Positions 58,978-64,000 of a stretch of DNA of 64,000 nt are shown here, in pieces. The notes beneath the pieces were generated by a model. It had not been told where the DNA came from, did no database searches, and worked only from the letters and a program-made list of their open reading frames with translations. The position numbers were made by a program, and so were the translations under genes. The stretch lies in IMG/VR virus record IMGVR_UViG_3300025000_000053, positions 1-64,000 of that record; one strand, given 5' to 3'. Position 1 is the first letter of the stretch. Every line of letters begins with the position of its first letter.

Positions 58978-61638
58978 TTATTTAAAAATTATGTTTTTAT
59001 TCTTATAATTATCTAATTCAACATTAGATGTTAGTATTAAATCAACTGGATAACTATCAAACATGTTATTATGTGTTATTAAGAATATCTGTTCCGCTTT
59101 TATAATATCAAGCTGTATGTCTAGTATATTAAGAAACATAATTCTATTTTTTTGATCCAATGTGGCATCAATTTCATCTAATAACATAATATTATATTTT
59201 TTTATAGATTGCTCTATTAGAGCAAAGGACAAAGCTATTGAAACAAAGCTTCTTTCTCCTTGAGATGTGTGAATAATATCATCAATTTTCATATTATTTT
59301 TAATGTACGGAATCTTAAATTCCTTTTCATTAATTTCAAAATCATCTATTTCTAATTCACCTTTATATATAAAATCTAATAAATTATTAACAATCATTTT
59401 AGTATTTTTTAAATATAATTGTATGAATAATAAGGGTATACCTTTATTAGATGATACTGATTCTTTGATTAGTGAAATTTCATCAAATTGTTCTTCAAGG
59501 ATATTTCTTTCTTCATTTAATGATTTAAATTCCCTTATTTTAAATTTAATATTATTAATCTCATTTTCTATCTTCTTTATTTGTACATCATAATTACTTA
59601 TTTCTTTCTTATAAATATTTATCCTATTAAAATAAACTTCTGTTTCTTGAAGTTTATTTTTCTTATCTTTAATATATTTATCAATTTCATCATATCTTTC
59701 TTCTAATAGTATTAACCCATTATTTAAAAATGTATATGATAAATATAGTTCTTTAGTATTATTGTATTTATCAATAGTAATATTTAATTGATTAGTATTA
59801 TCTTTTAAATCACTTATTTGATTTTCTAATGACAAAATATCATCATTAATCTTATTTATTTCATCTTGTAATACTTTCAATGATTTAGAATTCTTCTCTA
59901 TAAAAATCATTTCTCTTTTAATTTCTTTAATTTTATCATTAATAGATAAATAATCTTCATAGTCTTCTAAAACACTAATATATTCAGTAATCTTCTCTTC
60001 ATCAAAGAATGTAATATATTCCTTAATAGAATTAAGAAGATTATTAATATTGAAAAATTCTTCTGGTAATTTATCTAATAATTCTTTATTAGTCTTAATC
60101 AGTAAATAAATATAATTCATATTTTTACTAATAGAATCCATGGTTATATAATATTCTCTTCTAGTTTCAAGTTTATTATTTTCTTGGTTTAGTTTTTCAA
60201 TAGGTGTTTCTGTTTTAGATGAATATCTATTATAAAAATTAATATATGGACATTCATTTTCTTTACAACCAGGAGTTTTAAACATAACGAATAAACCTTT
60301 ATTAGTAAAACCACTTTCATTAAGATTCATAAGTTTAATATTATTCTTATTTATCTTATCATCAATTCTAAGAATATTTTCTTTAATTATACCATCTAAA
60401 TTACTCTTATTTATTATATGATTAATTACTTCAATTACAGCATTAGAATTAAAAGTATAAATATTAGAAATAATATTATTAATTTCTTGCATTAGTCTTA
60501 AAGCTCGTAATAGTTCTTCTTTGGTACATTTAGGATTAAAATCTCTAAATATTTTTTTATAATTACTTTGTTTATTATTTAATTCTATATAGAAATCATT
60601 TAGTTTAATATACTCAACTTCAGATATAAGATATTTTAATTCATTATCAAGTTCTTCTCTTTTTAAATAAAGTTTATCCAATTGAGTAATATAAAAACTA
60701 ATCATATTTTTATTAGATTCAATTTTACTATTAGAATTATATATATTCTTATCTAATTCTTTTATATTATCAGAAACATTTCCTATTATAATAAGATTCA
60801 TTTTACTTTTTTTCTTTTTAATAGATTGAATTTCAATATGAATATCTTTTAATAACTCAATATGTGATTTTAAATCATTATTAAATGATTCTATTGAATC
60901 GGGTATTATTGATTCAATAGTAGTATTATATTTCCATATTAAACCTATATTATTTTCTCTATGTTCCTTTAACTTATTTAACTCTAATTCTAACTTCTTT
61001 ATTTCATTCTTTAATTCTTTAATATCAATAATTCTCAACTTATCTATTTTATCAACAACTGATTTTAACATAACTCTTAATAATTTACTATCCTCATTTA
61101 TCTTCTTATAAAATTGAGAATATATATCAATATCAGATAATAAATCTGATGTAAATCCTTTTCTTTCAGTTGCTTTCATATCAATAAAATTAGTTACATT
61201 AGAACCTAATCTAATTAATTTTAAGAAATCTAATTCTAATAAAAATTCCATTAAAATACATTCTTTAAATGAGTTAACATTACCATTAGGATTTAATTCA
61301 ATATCATTCTTAGATATAAAGCTCTTAACGCTAATTCCATTTTTAGAATTAATGTAATGATGTTTAATTACGTATAAAATATCATCATCTTTTATATGTA
61401 TTTCCTTATAACCATTCTCACCTTCTATTATTAAATTAGTGTTATTTCTGACATCCATATTACCAGGATAAGGAAAAGGATGTAAATGACTTATTAAAGA
61501 TGTTTTACCTGAACCATTATCACCTACTAATAAAATAACCCTATTTTTTGATTTAGATATATCTATTTCAATAGTCTTTCTTCTCATAGAAGAATATATA
61601 CTAGCCATATTTTTTAAACATAAATAAAGTATTTTCAT
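58978..61638 (-). CDS. sbcC: SbcC/Rad50-like SMC ATPase
   Basis: GDNGSGKTS, long coiled coil with C..CP hook-like motif, SQGE signature, LLDEID, ITH. Confidence 0.9.
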   Translation of the reverse strand: MKILYLCLKNMASIYSSMRRKTIEIDISKSKNRVILLVGDNGSGKTSLISHLHPFPYPGNMDVRNNTNLIIEGENGYKEIHIKDDDILYVIKHHYINSKNGISVKSFISKNDIELNPNGNVNSFKECILMEFLLELDFLKLIRLGSNVTNFIDMKATERKGFTSDLLSDIDIYSQFYKKINEDSKLLRVMLKSVVDKIDKLRIIDIKELKNEIKKLELELNKLKEHRENNIGLIWKYNTTIESIIPDSIESFNNDLKSHIELLKDIHIEIQSIKKKKSKMNLIIIGNVSDNIKELDKNIYNSNSKIESNKNMISFYITQLDKLYLKREELDNELKYLISEVEYIKLNDFYIELNNKQSNYKKIFRDFNPKCTKEELLRALRLMQEINNIISNIYTFNSNAVIEVINHIINKSNLDGIIKENILRIDDKINKNNIKLMNLNESGFTNKGLFVMFKTPGCKENECPYINFYNRYSSKTETPIEKLNQENNKLETRREYYITMDSISKNMNYIYLLIKTNKELLDKLPEEFFNINNLLNSIKEYITFFDEEKITEYISVLEDYEDYLSINDKIKEIKREMIFIEKNSKSLKVLQDEINKINDDILSLENQISDLKDNTNQLNITIDKYNNTKELYLSYTFLNNGLILLEERYDEIDKYIKDKKNKLQETEVYFNRINIYKKEISNYDVQIKKIENEINNIKFKIREFKSLNEERNILEEQFDEISLIKESVSSNKGIPLLFIQLYLKNTKMIVNNLLDFIYKGELEIDDFEINEKEFKIPYIKNNMKIDDIIHTSQGERSFVSIALSFALIEQSIKKYNIMLLDEIDATLDQKNRIMFLNILDIQLDIIKAEQIFLITHNNMFDSYPVDLILTSNVELDNYKNKNIIFK

Positions 61639-61717
61639 AAGTTCACCTCCAAAAATATAAAAAAATAATAGACTATATAAATATAGTCTATTATTTTGTA
61701 GTTGATAATTTAAAAAA

Positions 61718-62044
61718 CTAATTTGAAATACTTCTAGAAATATAATCTATTTTTTTCAATTCCTTAGATGTTTTATTTAAAATGACACTAATCCCATAAA
61801 TAATATCAGATGAATTTAATAAAAAGGCTTTAACATCACGACTCTTAGATAAATCTACCATTAAAATATCTTTATCAAAATGTAACGGTAACGAATCACT
61901 CCATGCTATATTATATCCATCATCATTTTTACAGACAGAAATAGGAACAGGGCTATTTATTACAAAATTACCAACAAGTGTGTGAGTAACTTTTAATAAT
62001 TCTAATAAATTCTCAGCAGCTTTAATTATATTTTCATTTACCAT
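61718..62044 (-). CDS. Hypothetical protein
   Basis: 108-aa ORF. Confidence 0.65.
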   Translation of the reverse strand: MVNENIIKAAENLLELLKVTHTLVGNFVINSPVPISVCKNDDGYNIAWSDSLPLHFDKDILMVDLSKSRDVKAFLLNSSDIIYGISVILNKTSKELKKIDYISRSISN

Positions 62045-62053
62045 GGTGACCCC

Positions 62054-62365
62054 CTAATTTAAATTTAGTCTATTATTTTGATATATATTACCAACAATTT
62101 CACAAATTGAATTAACATCTTTTAATTGATAGCCTGCATAAAAGATACCATCTTTAAAAGTCACTGGTTTAATAGTTTCTTCTTTTTCTGAAAAGAAATT
62201 TTTATATTTCACTAAAAATCCACTATAAATTTTTTTACCATTTTTATCCCGTAATCCAGTATATAAAAGTTTCTTATGACTATCTGGGTTTAAAGTTAAA
62301 CCTCTTCTTATATCAATAATTCTACCATCACAAGTTATTACACATTTATCTTTTTTCATATTCAT
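62054..62365 (-). CDS. YopX-family phage protein
   Basis: YTGLRDKNGKKIYSG..V...EIVGNIYQN. Confidence 0.8.
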   Translation of the reverse strand: MNMKKDKCVITCDGRIIDIRRGLTLNPDSHKKLLYTGLRDKNGKKIYSGFLVKYKNFFSEKEETIKPVTFKDGIFYAGYQLKDVNSICEIVGNIYQNNRLNLN

Positions 62366-62417
62366 TTTTATTTATATACCAAATAAGGAATTCAATATTC
62401 AAAATAAAGAACCTCCT

Positions 62418-62711
62418 TTATTCAACCGGAATTAAAATTACTGCTGGTATACCTCTAGGTTTATCGGGACATAAATCTTTCTCAGAAAACCCCTGTGCAA
62501 TTAACTTATCCGACAATTTTCTGATATATATCCCACCAGAAGTTTTAGTAGTTTTATCAGGTAAATAAATACATTTTTTTATTTTTTCCAGTGGTTTTAT
62601 ATTCTCGGTACTTCTAGGATTGTTTCCTATGACAAGTATATCATTGTCATTGTAAGGTTTTAGTAATTTAATTAAATCTTTTTTTCTTATATACATATTT
62701 TTTACCCCCAT
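62418..62711 (-). CDS. Hypothetical protein
   Basis: 97-aa ORF. Confidence 0.65.
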   Translation of the reverse strand: MGVKNMYIRKKDLIKLLKPYNDNDILVIGNNPRSTENIKPLEKIKKCIYLPDKTTKTSGGIYIRKLSDKLIAQGFSEKDLCPDKPRGIPAVILIPVE

Positions 62712-62715
62712 AAAT

Positions 62716-63150
62716 TTATTTTATTGAACTATTATATATACTAAAAACCTCTTTTACAATTTTATCAACTGTAGGAGAATTAATTCTATTACAACTAAAT
62801 TCAATTTCATATTCATCAGTAACTGGAATTTCTTTTAATTCTTTTTTATTACTGAAAATACTTAAAAATATGTTATGGTCTGTTCGTGTATTTTCTAAAA
62901 TCATTGTATATCTTTTTGCATGATAAATATGTTTCTCTAAAAATCTACAAAAATATATTTTACTGGAAAAATAATCCCCTGTAGTAAAGTCTTTCATATT
63001 CTTTGCATATATAACTCTATTCTTTTCTAAATCTAAATACCAAAAATACTCAGTATTATCATTTAGAGGATAAATTCTCCAATCTTCTTTATAACCAAAA
63101 TATTTATATATTAATTCCTGTAACTTAAAATATTTATCAAGTAATTTCAT
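62716..63150 (-). CDS. Hypothetical protein
   Basis: 144-aa ORF with GAGGAGG RBS. Confidence 0.75.
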   Translation of the reverse strand: MKLLDKYFKLQELIYKYFGYKEDWRIYPLNDNTEYFWYLDLEKNRVIYAKNMKDFTTGDYFSSKIYFCRFLEKHIYHAKRYTMILENTRTDHNIFLSIFSNKKELKEIPVTDEYEIEFSCNRINSPTVDKIVKEVFSIYNSSIK

Positions 63151-63168
63151 TTTTCCTCCTCATTTAAC

Positions 63169-63321
63169 TTATATTTTAATATCAATAACTAAACCACCAT
63201 TACTATTTTCAGATGGTTTTTTATCCTTTTTTTTCTTTTTCTTTTCTACTTTCTTTTGAAACTTTTCTAACATATCAAATACATCATCAATACAGAAATT
63301 ATCAACGTCTATTTTAGCCAT
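63169..63321 (-). CDS. Small Lys-rich protein (start revised)
   Basis: AGGAG RBS at 63331-63335; early motif 63355-63364 (-). Confidence 0.55.
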   Translation of the reverse strand: MAKIDVDNFCIDDVFDMLEKFQKKVEKKKKKKDKKPSENSNGGLVIDIKI

Positions 63322-63441
63322 ATAAAACATCTCCTTTTTTATTTTATTTAAATAATAATATATATTCATATATGATTTTGTTGTTGAAATAATAAAAAAT
63401 AAAATCCAATAATTATTGGATTTTATTATATAATAAAATAA

Positions 63442-63954
63442 TTAATATTTCTCTAATAACTTACTAAATTTATTAACTAATAATAAGGATAAATCTTCAT
63501 CCTTTAAGTTAATGTTATTAGCCTCTTTGCCAAATAAATAAATTAAACGTGTGATACCAAACTCAGAAACCAATGAAGTTATTTTTTCTTTACTTTTTAT
63601 TGATAAAGGAATTTTTATTTCTTTTTCAAATAAATTAAAAAATATCTCATCCTCTTTAGAAGGAGTATAGTACAGTCCATGAATTGCCCAGTTTCTAACT
63701 ATAGAAACAAAATAACCAAAAGTCTGTTTTTTCTCATCATCTTTTCTAGAAAATACATCTATGGCCGCTTCTAAATATTTAATAGGGTTAAGCTTACGTG
63801 AAGTAAGATAAAAATATAATTCTTTTATACCCTTAACTTCAATATCATGTTCATGAATATTTGGGGATATATTTTTCCTATAATAATTTATTAAATGGTC
63901 TATTTCAGTACCAACTTTATCAACTTTATTCTGAGTATTATTTTTTGTCTGCAT
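63442..63954 (-). CDS. Hypothetical protein, weak DnaD-like motif; may extend beyond window
   Basis: YFVSIVRNW resembles DnaD YxxxIxxxW. Confidence 0.5.
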   Translation of the reverse strand: MQTKNNTQNKVDKVGTEIDHLINYYRKNISPNIHEHDIEVKGIKELYFYLTSRKLNPIKYLEAAIDVFSRKDDEKKQTFGYFVSIVRNWAIHGLYYTPSKEDEIFFNLFEKEIKIPLSIKSKEKITSLVSEFGITRLIYLFGKEANNINLKDEDLSLLLVNKFSKLLEKY

Positions 63955-64000
63955 TCTACTCCATGCTGACCTAACTGTAGTGATAAGTATATTCTTATCT

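Noticed and set aside
4664-59593. Antisense or nested ORFs in the track (4664, 7139, 9248, 11533, 13649, 14465, 19885, 24274, 24311, 26906, 27385, 29310, 29643, 32885, 35904, 37071, 46106, 46882, 47145, 47283, 47418, 49482, 51750, 55558, 59303)
   Set aside because: Overlap well-supported genes, have shadow-frame composition and show no convincing RBS or motifs
1-64000. tRNA/rRNA genes, chimallin or PhuZ, stop-codon recoding
   Set aside because: None recognised by eye; core genes read through in the standard code once introns are removed

Overview
A very AT-rich 64-kb segment of a jumbo myophage of the AR9/PBS1 (phiKZ-related) type, probably infecting a Firmicute (Clostridia-like). It encodes split multisubunit RNA polymerase subunits (beta-prime pieces and an AR9 gp226-like promoter-specificity subunit), a family B DNA polymerase split into two distant genes, primase, SF2 and HrpA-like DEAH helicases, SbcC/Rad50, GroEL and a head/tail module (protease, capsid, terminase, portal, sheath, tube, fibre). 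Five closely related group I introns, two with HNH homing endonucleases, interrupt five unrelated essential genes, most at or beside conserved motifs. Their splice sites were placed from P1 U.G pairing, the terminal G and restoration of the reading frame (only the 3' site is visible for the first). Two phage promoter classes are readable: TATATATTAT (early-type) and AACA-N6-TA (late-type). The most novel-looking items are an ORF-less, extensively base-paired ~500-nt candidate ncRNA at ~950-1460, the mosaic intron family, a fixed-spacing terminator-promoter cassette and a Tad1-like fusion protein. All homology calls come from motif recognition by eye and from memory; no searches were run.
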